A program made the position numbers and the translations under genes. Positions 13,435 to 26,325 of a DNA stretch of 64,000 nucleotides are shown in pieces. This stretch comes from Vitrella brassicaformis CCMP3155. Taxonomy: Eukaryota > Protista > Chromerida. The first letter of the stretch is position 1, and each line of letters begins with the position of its first letter. The notes under the pieces were generated by a model. That model was not told the origin of the DNA. It saw only the letters and a list, made by a program, of their open reading frames with translations, and made no database searches. The DNA lies in NCBI GenBank assembly GCA_001179505.1, contig CDMY01000366.1, positions 62,001 to 126,000 of the forward strand, read 5' to 3'.

Positions 13435-13583
13435 CGGCTGAGGACAGCAGCGATGTGGTGGGTGGGAATGGGGCAGACGGGTGTATGGGACGGGCTGATA
13501 GAGGGGAGAGAAAGGTTTGAAGAGGCGTCCAGTGATCACTGGCAGTGTTTTGTGCGATTTGCTCTAGCCAAAATTGAGAAGTG

Positions 13584-13640
13584 TTTAGGGTTAGGGTTAG
13601 GGTTAGGGCTTAGGGTTTACCCCAAACCCTAAACCCTAAC
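13584..13640. repeat. interstitial telomere-type repeats in inverted head-to-head arrangement
   Basis: tttagggttagggttagggttagggcttagggttta followed by ccccaaaccctaaaccctaac, in the spacer between bestrophin and CA. Confidence 0.85.
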
Positions 13641-13738
13641 TCTCCGGTTCGCGAACGCCGCCATCGACAGATCTTGCTTACCAAGCAAGATCACAGGAGC
13701 AAGATCTTTGATTTTCCAATATACAGCGAACGAACCAG

Positions 13739-15146
13739 ATGCGGCTGAGGCATGCAGTATACTTACTCAGCGCTTCAATACTCGCATCAGCGCTCCGCGC
13801 GAAGCCTTTGATTCCGTGCGGATTGTCGACTGGAGCACGCCGCGCGGCGCACTCGCGTCTTTCGTTGACGGATGGCAGCATTGATGACGGCGTGACTTTC
13901 GACGAGGTGGGTGGATGCAGATCGACGCGCCATTGTGTGTGTGATACCTGCCTGTCTGCAGCTGGTGGACCGCCAGCTCAGTCACATCAAAAGGAACACG
14001 GCCGGGCCACCACGCAAGGCAGCCGCAGAGGAGCCGCTTGGTGTGCCGGAAGATGCTGCGGGGCAGCCATGCATCCTCACCAGAGACGTACGCACATCGA
14101 CTGACTGCGGCTGCCACGGCAGAGGTGTCATCTTCTCACTCACTGTTCTGTGTCATTCCATCAGACCCCAGGGCTTGACTATCGCTATCAGGGTGCAGAC
14201 TGGATCTGCGGCTCGTGCGCCTCCCGAGTGCGACAGAGCCCGATCAGCTTCCCTCCTACGGCACCCGCTTCCCCCTTCTCTTTCAAATACGGCTTTCGTG
14301 GCCCTGGGCCGGTCGTCTTGCGCAACACTGGATTCTCGATCGAGGTGCGGCGAAAGGAAACCAGAACCGACGCCATTCCGATATCATTCGAGGATCTACC
14401 TGGCGGTGCGCCAGTCGCCAAAGGCGCCAAGCGTGCTACGGATGACACGGAGGTGCCGCCACCCGCGCCCAGCTCCCGCCTGACGCCCTGTGCTCAAGTG
14501 GCGGCCGACCTGCAGGTGACAGAGAGAGACGAGAGGGATTCACTCGCAAGCCAAGCTGGGTGTGGTGTTTGTCGTGCTCGAACAGCTGATGGGCGGCAAG
14601 TTCGCGCTTGACAATATTCACTTTCACGGCCCTGCGGAGCATCTGTTCGAGGGCGAGCGCCACGCCCTCGAGATGCATGTGGTGTCCCAGCTGGTCCGCC
14701 CCGACCCGACAGCTGTCATCCAGCCCCACTACTGTGTCCTGGCCTTCACGTTCATTGTGGGCGAGTCCAATTCTTTCCTGGAGGAGATCATCAAGAGGGG
14801 CGTTCCCGGTGTCGGTGGCTCACTGACCTTCGTCCCCTCAGCCGATGGATTCGACATCGACCGGCTGGTTCGGGAGAAGGGCAGGGACGGGTTCTATTAC
14901 TATCCTGGATCGCTGACTGTGCCGCCCTGTTTGGAGGCAGTTGAGTGGCTTGTCGCGCGGAAGCCGATTGAGGCGTCGGCGAGTCAGCTGGCGGTGTTCC
15001 TGAGTGAGTTCACGACGAACGGCAGGGGGAACTATCGGGTAGTGCAGAACACCAAGAACTCCATGTTGAGTCAGCTGTGTGTGATGGAGGGCAAGCCCAC
15101 AAAGAGGAGGGGTGTGCTGCAGCGGCTGGGCATCAGAAGACCATGA
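13739..15146 (+). CDS. alpha-class carbonic anhydrase with N-terminal signal/transit-like leader
   Basis: RQSPI, NTGFSIEV, zinc-binding NIHFHGPAEH...LEMHVV (three His intact), YYYPGSLTVPPCLEAVEW and GNYRVVQ. Leader MRLRHAVYLLSASILASALRAKPLIPCGLSTGARR. Confidence 0.92.
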
Positions 15147-15769
15147 GATAGATGTCATCCATCCATCCATCCACTGCATGGGTGTGGTATTTTGCTTGGT
15201 ACACATGTATAGCTCATCTGCAGCGCATGGGTATGTATATTGTGGCAGTCTGTCTGTCTGTCTGTGTGTATGTATCTGTGAGTATGTATGTATCATCGCA
15301 GGGCTCGCTGTTGTCTCTTTGCACATACATCTTTCTGACCTGCCTAAGTGTGCCGTGGGTATATATATAGTGTCTGCGTGTCTGTCCGTCCGTCTGTTTC
15401 AGTGCATGTTTGGCCACTGACCCGCTGGTATGACCAATCAATGGACATTTGTTGCTTGAAGCGCTTGCAGCATCCGCCAATGCGAGCCAGCCATCTGTCC
15501 CACGTATGTAATGTGCGTGTTGAGATCGATAGCTCGGCAGGCAGGCAGACTTGCACACATGCATGTAGGAATCGTCCAATGGTCATATTGTACAATCCTA
15601 TGGCTACCCCACTCCCCACACCCAGCCACCCACTCACCCCTATCATCCTTCGCTCAATCAGTCAGTCAGTCACCATTCGTACGATCGGTGCACACGATGC
15701 ACACGCACACACGCATACAATGCACGAATGCATATGTCAGCCCTCAGCCTTTCCTCCACGATGTTATGT

Positions 15770-18700
15770 TTATGTGTCCACCGCCTTGGGCACGGCCTCC
15801 ATGACTCTGAAGACCAGCACATCGGCCGCCCTCCGTGGGGGCCACCCCCGCCCCTCCCCCTGCTTAGTCCCCTCGAACACGCTGTACGCCCGCATGTCCG
15901 CATCACGACCCTGTGTGAGCGAGCAACAAACACAGAGAAAGACACATGCATGAGCCGCTGAGCCATGGATGGATGGGCGTGTGCTAACCTACCTGCCCTG
16001 CCCTGAGTACGCCACGAATCTGCATGCACCAGCGGCCCTTGCCTGCGCCGGCGGCGGGGGCCATGATGAGTGCGTCGCCGACCACACGGCGGTCGGTGAG
16101 TGTGTTGCTCTCGGATATGTCGGCCAGGGCGAGCCGGGGCGGCTGCCCGGCCGACGGGCTCAGGAAGCGGATGGTGCCCTCGCCGGGCGGCTGGGGCTTG
16201 TTCTTCTTGTCGAGGGCGTTGGGCCACGTCTGGAAGAGGATGGCCACCTCCGGGGTGTCGGAGTGGGGGTTGGTGAAGACGATGAGGTTGTGGGCCTTGG
16301 GGTGCGGGACGAAGGACATGTTGGCGAGCATGTTGTCGTACGCGAAGCCGCACACCGAACCCCTGGCCGACACACATACATACAGACAGACAGACAGACA
16401 GACAGGAGCAGATGCAGTCTGTGCACGTGTGTGTGTTATGTTGTGTGCTGCAGCGTATGCGTGTACTTACTTGTATTCCTGTACGCAGCAAAAGTTCTTG
16501 GTCCTGAGTTTCCCCTCCACCCACGGCATGAGCATCTCAAACACCGAACCGCGCACCACCGGCAGCGGCTTCGGCACAATATCCTCCTGCATGAATGCAA
16601 TGCACCAACACACCACACCCATTTGCACATACACACACAGACACACACGCATGTGCCCATCGCCTCCCCTTGTCTGTGTCTGGCCGACCTGCGTGTTGCC
16701 TTTCTCCATGTGTGTCTGCTCCCCCCCGTCAGCTTGGCGCAGCGGCACCCACACAGTGTGCTGTTTCTTGGCCGAGGGTGAGTCGATAGCCTCCGCATGG
16801 AGTGCGAGCGGCTCGAGGTGCAGGTGAGGGGGGGCCTGGAGGGGGTCGCTCGCGTGGCTGCCCGTGCTGCCGCTGCCGCTGCTGTTGGTGTTGCTGCTGG
16901 TGCTGGTGTTCTCCTTGCTGTTGGCGGCTGTGCATGCCATCTGCTGCGGGTGTTTGATGATGTTGGGCGGGATGGCCAGGGGGAAGGGGTGCTGAAGCTG
17001 AAGGGCCAACACCTGTCAGTCAGACGGGGAAAGAGAGAGAGAGATGCACACACACACACACACACACACACATACCACGTCATGCACGAGAGCTTCTCAT
17101 GATTGCGCGGAAAGAAGGTAGGTGAGTGCAGCTGCGTGCCTGAGTGGATGGGGCGGGAGGGGGTGGTGGTGGGGGCGGCTGGCCGGCCATTGGCTGCTGC
17201 TGCTGAGTGAGAGTGTTGTTAGTGATAGCGGTCTGGGCAGGAGGGGGTGAGAAGGGCGGGGGCNNNNNNNNNNNNNNNNNNNNNNNNNNNNNNNNNNNNN
17301 NNNNNNNNNNNNNNNNNNNNNNNNNNNNNNNNNNNNNNNNNNNNNNNNNNNNNNNNNNNNNNNNNNNNNNNNNNNNNNNNNNNNNNNNNNNNNNNNNNNN
17401 NNNNNNNNNNNNNNNNNNNNNNNNNNNNNNNNNNNNNNNNNNNNNNNNNNNNNNNNNNNNNNNNNNNNNNNNNNNNNNNNNNNNNNNNNNNNNNNNNNNN
17501 NNNNNNNNNNNNNNNNNNNNNNNNNNNNNNNNNNNNNNNNNNNNNNNNNNNNNNNNNNNNNNNGGCAGGAGGGGGTGAGAAGGGCGGGGGCATCATGGGG
17601 TGGGTGGGGGGGTTGCATGCGTGCATCAGGGTGTGGACAGACGACTCCAGACTCATCAGCTTGGCGGTGTGGGCTTCCAGACGCTCTAACACCTCACCCT
17701 GCAATAAGCCGTCCATTCACGTAGACAGACAGACAGAGAGACAGACAGACAATGAATGGCGGCATGATGGATGCTGTCCGTGTGTGTGTGGTGTGTCTCT
17801 GTGTCTCACGTGCATACCGACCGGTATGTGTGTGTTGGTGTCATTGCTTCGTGTCTGCTCGAGCTGTGTGAGGCGGTAGTTGATCATCTGGAACGTCGAT
17901 CCCATCTGCGAACACTCCCGGCATCCATCGCACACAACACACACACACACAAGACACGTAGGTCGCAAACTCGTGAGTGAAAGCATGTCTGATGAAGGGC
18001 TGCTGCTGCTGGTGTGCTGTACCTGCCAGCTGATACTGTTGACGTCGTTCTGCAGTGCATCGAGTCTGGCGAGCGTCTCAGCCTTGAAGGCAGCAAACGA
18101 GTCCTCATACGACTTCAGGGAGGCCTGCACACAACACACACATCACACACATCACACACGTCACACACAACACACCACACAGTGCGTTGGTGTGTGGAGA
18201 GGGATGGATGTCTCGCGCTCCCATCCCATCAACCCCTCGAAAGGTATGTACCACACACCACACAGTGCGTTGGTGTGTGGAGAGGGATGGATGTCTCGCG
18301 CTCCCATCCCATCAACCCCTCGCAAGGTATGTACCTGTCTGTGTGCGGCCTCCTGTTGTTCCTTATTGGCCTTATCGACGGTCTGTGCGAGGCAGGCCGA
18401 CACGTTCTGGTTGAGGGTCGACAGCATCAACACATGCTGCACACACACACACACACACACATGACAAGACACAGACAGACGGACAGAGGGAGGGAGAATG
18501 GATGGATGCGCACAGAGAGAAAGACGACATGCATGAGATGAGTAGGGTGGGGCGGGTGCACAGGTAAGTGATGTCACCCACTTACCTTTTGCTGCAGGTC
18601 GTCGAGTTGCATCTGGAGTTGGACAATACGCTGGCGGAACTGCACACATAACACACACATTGGATCAAAGATGCCGTGTACGTACTAACTCCCTCCCTAG

Positions 18701-19850
18701 CTCCCTACCTGTGATGAGTTGGATTCTTCTTGGCCGCGGTAGTGGTCGATCTGCTTCTGTACGTCCTTCAACAACACATCAACCTGTGTGGGGTGCACCC
18801 ACCACACGACAGACGCAACAAAGACAGTGGGCACGGCAGTGGTGGGAGTATGTTGGTGTGTGCGGTGGATGGAGGGCTGCCTGACGCACTCACTTCGTCG
18901 AACACAGAGGGCCTTCGATCCAACGCAGCCACAGTACTCGACAAACCACGCAACATCTGATGGATGAATGAACAGCCGATGTCTGTGTGGTGGGCTGAGA
19001 AATGTCCCTCTCTCTCCTTCGTCCCTCCCTCCCTCCCTCCCTCCCTCCCTGGGTCTTACCGTGTCTTGCTGCTGCTGTCGTTTGAGTATGCCCTGCAGCT
19101 CTCGGCCGCTGGTGCCGCCACCCACGCCGCCGAAGCGCCGCATCTCCACTTGGGCACGGAGGTCACGGATGGCGTTCTCAACCTGAAAACGGGCGGCGTG
19201 AGCATAGCATGAGCAAGGCATCTACCTATCTTCGATGTACTGGATTGCATTGCACATCGCAATGCATTCATCGTGCGGCATGCATACCTACCTGTGTGAT
19301 GCGGGTGCGGTGAGAGTCGTAGCCCAGGTCGTTGGTCATGCCCAACTCACCATACAACTGCCTGATGTCGTCGTCAACCTTCGCAGCGAAGTCGGTCCAC
19401 TGCAACACACACACAACACAATGTCACAACACAATTCCCATTCCATCATCGCTGCCCATCCATCCATCCATCCATCCATCCATCCATCGTGCACCGTTCC
19501 CATCATGTGCACAGTCCTCACGTGTGTGTACTCGTGGCGCATGTCTCTGGTATCATCCATCCCATCGTCCGATGGGGACTTCGAGGTGCTGAACAGGTTG
19601 CTCATGGGGCTCTTCTTGCCGTCGCGCTGCTCGCTCACGAGCCCACGACGGTTGGACATGTCGCCGCCGCCACAGTTGAGGATGGGACTCCCCGGCGAGG
19701 CCTGCTGAAGTGACGAAAGAAACGATGAACGGATGGGATCACCTCGGGAGCCACATGCCTGGCCCATTGCATGGTCATTCAGACGCTTACCATGGTGAGC
19801 CTCTGGAGGAGCGAGTCGGTCTTGGATGCCGTGCTCTTGGAAGGCAGCAT
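15770..19850 (-). CDS. coiled-coil protein with divergent C-terminal TLDc-like domain (spans N gap)
   Basis: Many coiled-coil exons (QIENAIRDLRAQVE, AFKAETLARLDALQNDV). C-terminus WVEGKL...EYKGSVCGF...LIVFT...DVLVFRV resembles the TLDc pattern (YRGSRDGF ... EIEVF). Confidence 0.55.
17264..17563. other. assembly gap (300 N)
   Basis: Run of N; an identical 28-mer flanks both sides. Confidence 0.99.
18171..18335. repeat. 83-bp tandem duplication within an intron
   Basis: cacaccacacagtgcgttggtgtgtggagagggatggatgtctcgcgctcccatcccatcaacccctcg(a/c)aaggtatgtacc occurs twice, with one mismatch. Confidence 0.9.
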
Positions 19851-20170
19851 CTGAAAACCGCAGACAAAGATGATGGGGTAGGGCTCGAGTTTTGCGAGCT
19901 CAGGAGTAAATGGAATGAATCGGTTTGCCTGCACAGCCTAGCGAGTCGCGTAGCTCTCTCGAGGCCCTTTTCGCAACGTATTCCCTGAAGGCTAGATCAT
20001 CGCTCCCGCTTCCCTTCCGTCATCGTTTTCGGCGTGGTCCTGGCGCGGCGATGAGGGCATCACCCCCTCTACCACCCCTCCACACCAGCCGTGTGTGAGC
20101 AAGGATCGTCGCTAACCTTTCTTCCTTCCCCCTTCCCCTCCCATCGGCTTCGTGGGAGTCGGGAGGCATC

Positions 20171-22837
20171 ATGATGGACGCGTCGGACGGCAGTTCGGCA
20201 GGTGCGAGGCTCAGGCCATCCCCAGGGCCATCACCCTCCTCTCGGCGCGATGCTGCTGAGGAGTTTGTGCCACCACCCAACATACAGCTGTCGGCCACCG
20301 TGGGCGATGAGGATGACAACGACACACTCAAGACGGTGCGCCTGCTGCGGACCACCAGCCAGGCGTACCTGTCGCTGTCGTACCTCGCCGGGGCGTGCCT
20401 GAGTGAGGCGTATAAGGCCACTCGGCTCGACTGCGATGACGAGCTCACGCGGATCAACTGTATCAGGGAGAAGGGGTACATGTATGCCGACGACGCACCG
20501 CCGTTCCCTCTCAAGACCAGTGCCGGCAAGGAGAAGAAACTCGTCACCACCAAGGAGCTCAGAGGTGGCTGCACTCGTGACACAAACACAAAACAGCTCA
20601 CGCGATGAAATGAATGGCCACTCATCGAATCCGTGCAATCTCTCTCTTATCTGTTTGTATGTGCACCAATCAGGTTGGCCGTTGCGGGGCAGTGAGGGCG
20701 ACGCTGCACGGCTGGATGACCTGCAGAAGCGTCGCGACCAGGGCCTGCTCTTCCCGTTCGGCGGCACCTTCGAGTTCCGCGACCACCTCTTCACCGCACA
20801 CGCAGAGGCCTTCAGTGCCGAGCTGCCCTGGGACTGCCACAGCACCGAGGGACTCCACTGGGCGCCGTCGCCCTTTGTGTGGAACGGCACGGCGCACCGT
20901 GACGGGCGCAGGTGTCCGGTGGAGGTCAACCCCGACCCCAAGACGCAGCGGGAGATCAAGTGCATCAACGGCACCATCATCGAGTCCAAGCTCTGGTTCC
21001 CCGCCAACTCCAGCAACCACGGCACAAGCGACGACACCGCACCCCATTGGGTGCCCCGGGCCAACTGTGCCAAGGTGGTGGTGCCGCGCCAGTGCTGCAT
21101 GCCTTCAAAGGTCTGCAGCGCCATCGACGGCGACTACTGCCTCGCCATCACACCCATCACCGTCGTACCCCGCAACTCAGAGCTGCGCTACGACTACGGC
21201 CCACAGGCAGACCACGAGTATTTCGACAAGGTGCCTGGCCAGCCGTGGGCAGATGTGGCGCCATGGGAGGGCCTGCAAGACACGGCCGGCCTGCACGACG
21301 ACGCAGCGGCGCCGCTGCAGAGCGTGGTGACGCGTACGATGCTGAGCCGTGAGGGTGTGGGTATGGGGATAGGGATTGCCATGGGGGGGGAGAATAACAA
21401 TAACGGGGGGCGGGGCAAGAAGAAGGTGGAGTCCCGGCGGCTGCAGCTGGCCATAGACCGCACTTCGCCAGAGAACCTTAGGAGGAGGCGGGAGAACGCT
21501 AGACAGGGTGGGTGACGGACGCCACCACACGACACGACACGACACGGACGGAGCAACGGCCATTGAATGCATTGCCCACACATCCACTCCACGCTGCACT
21601 GCCTCTCTCTGTGTGTGTGGGTGGCTGGCTGGTTCGGTTCAGATGCGTTGTTGGGTGAGGACGAGAACACCCCCCTCCATCAGCTGTACAAGTTCAAGAA
21701 GAGGCGGGGGCCGGGGGCCCTTGCCATCGACCGTGTCAGGCGGAGCAGTGGGGGCCTGTCAATGCCTCTGCCGTCGGCTGCAGGTCAGCCAGTCAGTCAG
21801 CCAGTCAGTCAGTCAGTCAGATGAGTCCCTTCCTTCTCCATCCAAATAAATGGATGGACATTCATGTGACTGACCTTGATGTACTGCGTACGGTAATTGA
21901 TTGATGTTGGTCTCCTCCCTCAGGTGTTAGGTGGGAGGGTATGAAGGTGACGATGGAGGAGGATGCCGACACGCCATCGCAGCCCGTCGACGCGGCCGCA
22001 TACGGCAGCGTCTGGAACGCACTCCACCAGCTGCACTTGCAGACGAATAGCAACAGCAACCATGCAGGTAAATAGGTGGGTAGGTGGTGCATGTAGACAG
22101 ACAAGAGAGCCGACCGACGGACGGACATGAATACGATGCACTCACTCTGTCTATCTGCCTGCATCTGGGGCATGTAGGTGTTGCCGCAGGGGACGTGTCT
22201 GAGCCTGCGGTGTTGGTCGAGGAGGAACAGCCAGACGATAGCATAGCGCTCCCCAACGCAGCAGAGGGAGATGCCCCTCAGCTGGCGTCAGGTGACCAGG
22301 CATCCGCTGCTGCGGGCGACAAACAGCCGGCGATTCAGATCAAGAAGGGTGCGTACGATGGATTGACAGCAATGAGAAGAATGTCGACAAGCCAACATTC
22401 TGTCTGTGTGTGTATGTTTATGTGCAGAGAGCGGCACAACTGCGTATTTGCCGAGTCCTTCGCCATCTGACTCTGCCGCTGAGCCGCCCCCGGCTCACGT
22501 GGCCGAGGCAGACACCGAGCGTCACGTTTCATCCGCCCCTGTGGAGCCCTCGCGTGGCGGCGTCGACCCGAGCAACCTGCTGCTCGCGGCCGACCCTCCT
22601 GCAGACCAGGAGATGTCCGATGCCCACGACGGGGGGACCGAGAGCACCGACCTGCTGCAGTCGGGCCCTCGTGATGACGCAGAGGTAGGCGAGAAGCGCA
22701 AGCGGTGCGATGAGGGGATGGAGGAGGGCTGTGACCTGCCCCCTGCCAAGAGGACCGCTGATGAGTCCTCATCATCGGCTGCTGGCGCCGTGGATGAGGG
22801 AGGCGGGGAGGTCGCTGATGAGGGGGCGGATGGCTGA
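20171..22837 (+). CDS. SET-domain protein (putative lysine methyltransferase) with acidic low-complexity tail
   Basis: ANSSNHG...RANC (NHSCxPN-like, with insertion) and ITVVPRNSELRYDYG (ELxxDY). Downstream exons continue to TGA at 22837. Confidence 0.65.
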
Positions 22838-23186
22838 TTGATGGGCAGTGCATGGCGAAGCAGGTGTGCATGGATTGGTTGGTACACACACTAGGATTGG
22901 TGGACTGACTGGCTGGCTGACTGGCTGGCTTGATGCATTCATGAACCAACGAACGCATGGCCAGGTGTATCGCTTGTTGCTTGGATGGATGGATGGATTG
23001 GACGGCGGCGTACATACATGTATACGCGTATGCCTGTATGAGTGCCCCCTGTATGTCTGTATGTATCGATGTATGTCATTAGGTGTAGAGACAGACAGAC
23101 AGACCCTCTTACTCAAATGTAATGTGTACAGCGTACGAAAAAAGACCTATAATTTCGTCAACGTCTCTCCCCAGGCGAGCATTGCA

Positions 23187-26100
23187 ATGAGTGCGGATCA
23201 AGGTGCGGATGAAGACAACAACGCCGCACCAGCAGAAGGCCAAGAGAAGCCCACCCCCAAGGTGCCCGAGGACCTCTCCCTCAGTGTGTTTAAGGGCAAT
23301 GACAAGTTCTCTGACCTCACTCTCAAGGCCTTCGACGCCGAGCACAAGACACACAAGGTCGTCATCGCATCCGCGTCGGCCTACTTCTATGAGCAACTCG
23401 TTTTGAGCGATGGAGCAGAAGGAGAGCTGTCCATTCCAGAGACCCCCAGCAGGGTCACAGAGCGGCTGCAGGCGTCCCCTGCCTCAAAGAAGAAGTATCA
23501 GGCGGCCGTGGATCACTTCCTCACCTTTGCGTACAGCAACCAGTCGGCAGAGAGCCTCTCTGACCTCCTCGACGCCCAGGACACAGACCAGGAACTCATT
23601 CTCGCCCTCTCAGGCATCTCATCGCAGCTTGGGGCCGCCAAGCTGACCGCGCAGCTGTCGACCTACATCAATGAGCGGCTCCTATGTGCGGCCACCGGCA
23701 GCGTCTATGTGCTCAATCACGCTTGGCAGTACGGCAATGAGGCTCTGCAGACGAGGGCGCTTGACGCTCTCAAGAGCCAGTTTGGTGTGTTTGTGCACCA
23801 AGCCGGTTGGAGGGATTGGGATGCGCTTGCAGAGATGCCGGCGGAGGTGCTGACAGGTCTGCTCAAGGACACATCCCTCGCCGTCAAGGATGAAGGCGAC
23901 ATATTCAAGTCAGCGGAGGTCCACCGATAGAGCCCCTCATGTTGCTGGCCATCATGCCTTTGTTTGTCTGTTTGTGTGTGTATGCATTGTTGTGTCAGGG
24001 CCGTGTCGGCCATCCTCATGCGCCGCACGCCATACGATGATGAAGGGACAGCAGCCGCACCGTCTGCTGAGGGAGCTGAGGGCGATGCGGCGGCCAACCG
24101 GCCGAGTAGTGGGCTGGTCTTTCATGTCTCCATCAACAAGTCTGAGGGCCTCGAGAAGCCCACAGACGCCCCTCATGGCTCGCATGAGGCCTCCAAGGCC
24201 GCCGGCGGGCCAGCCATTGATGCGGCTGTGGAAGTCTACTTTATCAGTACGTGGATACTGCGAGTTTGTGACTGCCGCGCTGCAGTCACATCCTTGTCTG
24301 CCTGTCTTTGGTGTATGTATCTCGGTCAGAGTCTGGCCAGAGAGCCGCTGACGGAGCCCTCCCCGGCCCTCGAAGACGATACGGGCGGCATTATGGCCGT
24401 AGCAAGGCTGTGCGGGCACAGGGCGGGACTGCCGACTTTGCCGGCCAGTCTGGCATGAAATTGGTGGTACCTGAAGTGGTTCTTGAGGCATCAGGAGAGA
24501 AGGCGGATGAAGCAAAGGAGGAAGACCAGGGTAAGGAGAGCGAGGAGAACAACAAGGAGGGCGAGGCCGATGACAAGAAGGCTGACACCACAAAGGCTGC
24601 GACGGCAAGCTTGGCCAGCGCCATGGTGCTTCGCGTGCTGGATGAGGACGTCGTCTACCCTCTTTCTCAGCTCATCGGTGAGGGAGGGAGGGAGGGAGGG
24701 AGGAATGAATGCAATACATCGCGGGCCGCTCGCACCCCTCACCCCTCTCTCTCCCCCATTCAAATCAAGCTTCGTCTCTGTGTCCATGTGTGTGTCAGGT
24801 GAAGCCGTGATCCCCCCCTCAGAGCTGGCAGGCAAAGATGACAGCACCGCCCACCCGCTCACACTCGCCCTCAGCCTCAAGGGCCAGCCCATCACATCCA
24901 AAGTCACCCTGACTTTCACCCTGAGGAAAAAGGAAAGTAGTGCTGGCAAGGAACCGGCTGCAGCGGCAGGTGACACAGCAGAGGGGGGTGAGGAGAAGAA
25001 GGAGACACCTGCCGCCCAGGAGTCAGCGGAACAGGAGGAGGAGGAGGAGGAGGATGAGGAGCCACCTTCATTGCCGCCTCTCCCTGCTGACAAGCTGGCT
25101 GAGATCGCTGCGTGCGTCAGATACCCGCTGCTGGAACACAGCCAGCTACTCGAGGTGTGCTGTGCATGGAACAGACCCACCCCACCTACCTTTCCACATC
25201 TCCTGCACATCTGTGTGCTCCAATGGAATGCCTTCCATCAGGCCGCCGGCGATCCCCTGTTCGAGAGTGCCCGTCCTCTCATCATGGAGGGCCTCTCCAA
25301 CCGGCTCCACAAATACGAACCCTTCTCGAGGTCACCCAAACGGCCACTCTCACCCATGCCGTCAAGACAAGCGCGCAAGACCCCCCCTGCCATTGCCACG
25401 GGCCCCGGTGGTGCATATGCCGGCGGCAGGGCGCTGCGGGACGCCGCTGCGGGAGACACGGGGGTGCATGCGAGCGAGGCTGCGCCTGTTGTTTTTGCAT
25501 ACGAGAGCGAGTGGGATGAGAACGGAGTGCTGTATTACCTGGGGAGCCGTGGGAAGAAGGAGAGCTTCAGGAACCCCATGGGCCGCGGCGAGGTGGTGGT
25601 CAGCTCATCGGGTGTTGGGTTTGGCAGACTTGAAGACTTCGTCGGCAGGTACTTACTGTACCTACATACCGAGCTCGATGGGCGGGCGGAGACACCTAAG
25701 ATCCATTCATCCGTGTGTGGTGTTCTTCGGTCTGCAGGCAGTTTGTGAACCTCCGGACCCGCAATGAGCCCGATTCGTTCCTCGCCATCGACCTCAGAGA
25801 GGTAGGCAGGTGGGCCGGCAGGGCAGGGCAGCCTCCGTCTGTGTCATTCATGTAGACATACCTGTACGTACGTCTCGTCTCCCTCAGGACCGCTGTCTAA
25901 TCGTGACTGACTACGTGCTGCGAGGCCGCAACCTGCCCAGCCATGCCCTCTGCTCATGGGAACTACAAGTAAGGACGTACGTCAGGCCAGCCGCCAATCC
26001 GATCTGAGCAACTCAGACAACTCGGTGTCTGTCTCTTGTATTGTATCGCGTCTGCCGGTCGGCCATACATCAATCAATTACTCAGGGCTCAGTGGACGGC

Positions 26101-26325
26101 ATCGAGTGGCAGACCATTGACCGTGTGTATGAGTGCGACAGGCTGAGGCAGCCATCCGCCGCGGCCCACTTCACCGTCGACCCATCGCATGGCGGGGATG
26201 CCGTCAATGCTGCATTTAGGTGTGTTCGTCTCGTGCAGATCGGCAAGAACTCCAGCGGTTCGCACAACCTGGTGCTGTCGGGGATGGAGCTCTACGGCAA
26301 GGCGGTGGGGGGCAGGTGGCCATAG
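23187..26325 (+). CDS. BTB/POZ-BACK protein with C-terminal galactose-binding/discoidin (HECTD1 SUN-like) domain
   Basis: KFSDLTLKAFDAEHKTHKVVIASASAYF (BTB), AACVRYPLL (BACK end), FAYESEWDENGVLYYLGS and WELQGSVDGIEWQTI...FRCVRLVQIGKNSSGSHNLVLSGMELYG. Confidence 0.85.

Noticed and set aside
17236-17591. Identical 28-mer (ggcaggagggggtgagaagggcgggggc) on both sides of the N gap
   Set aside because: Most likely a scaffolding overlap or collapsed repeat, not a biological direct repeat or insertion.
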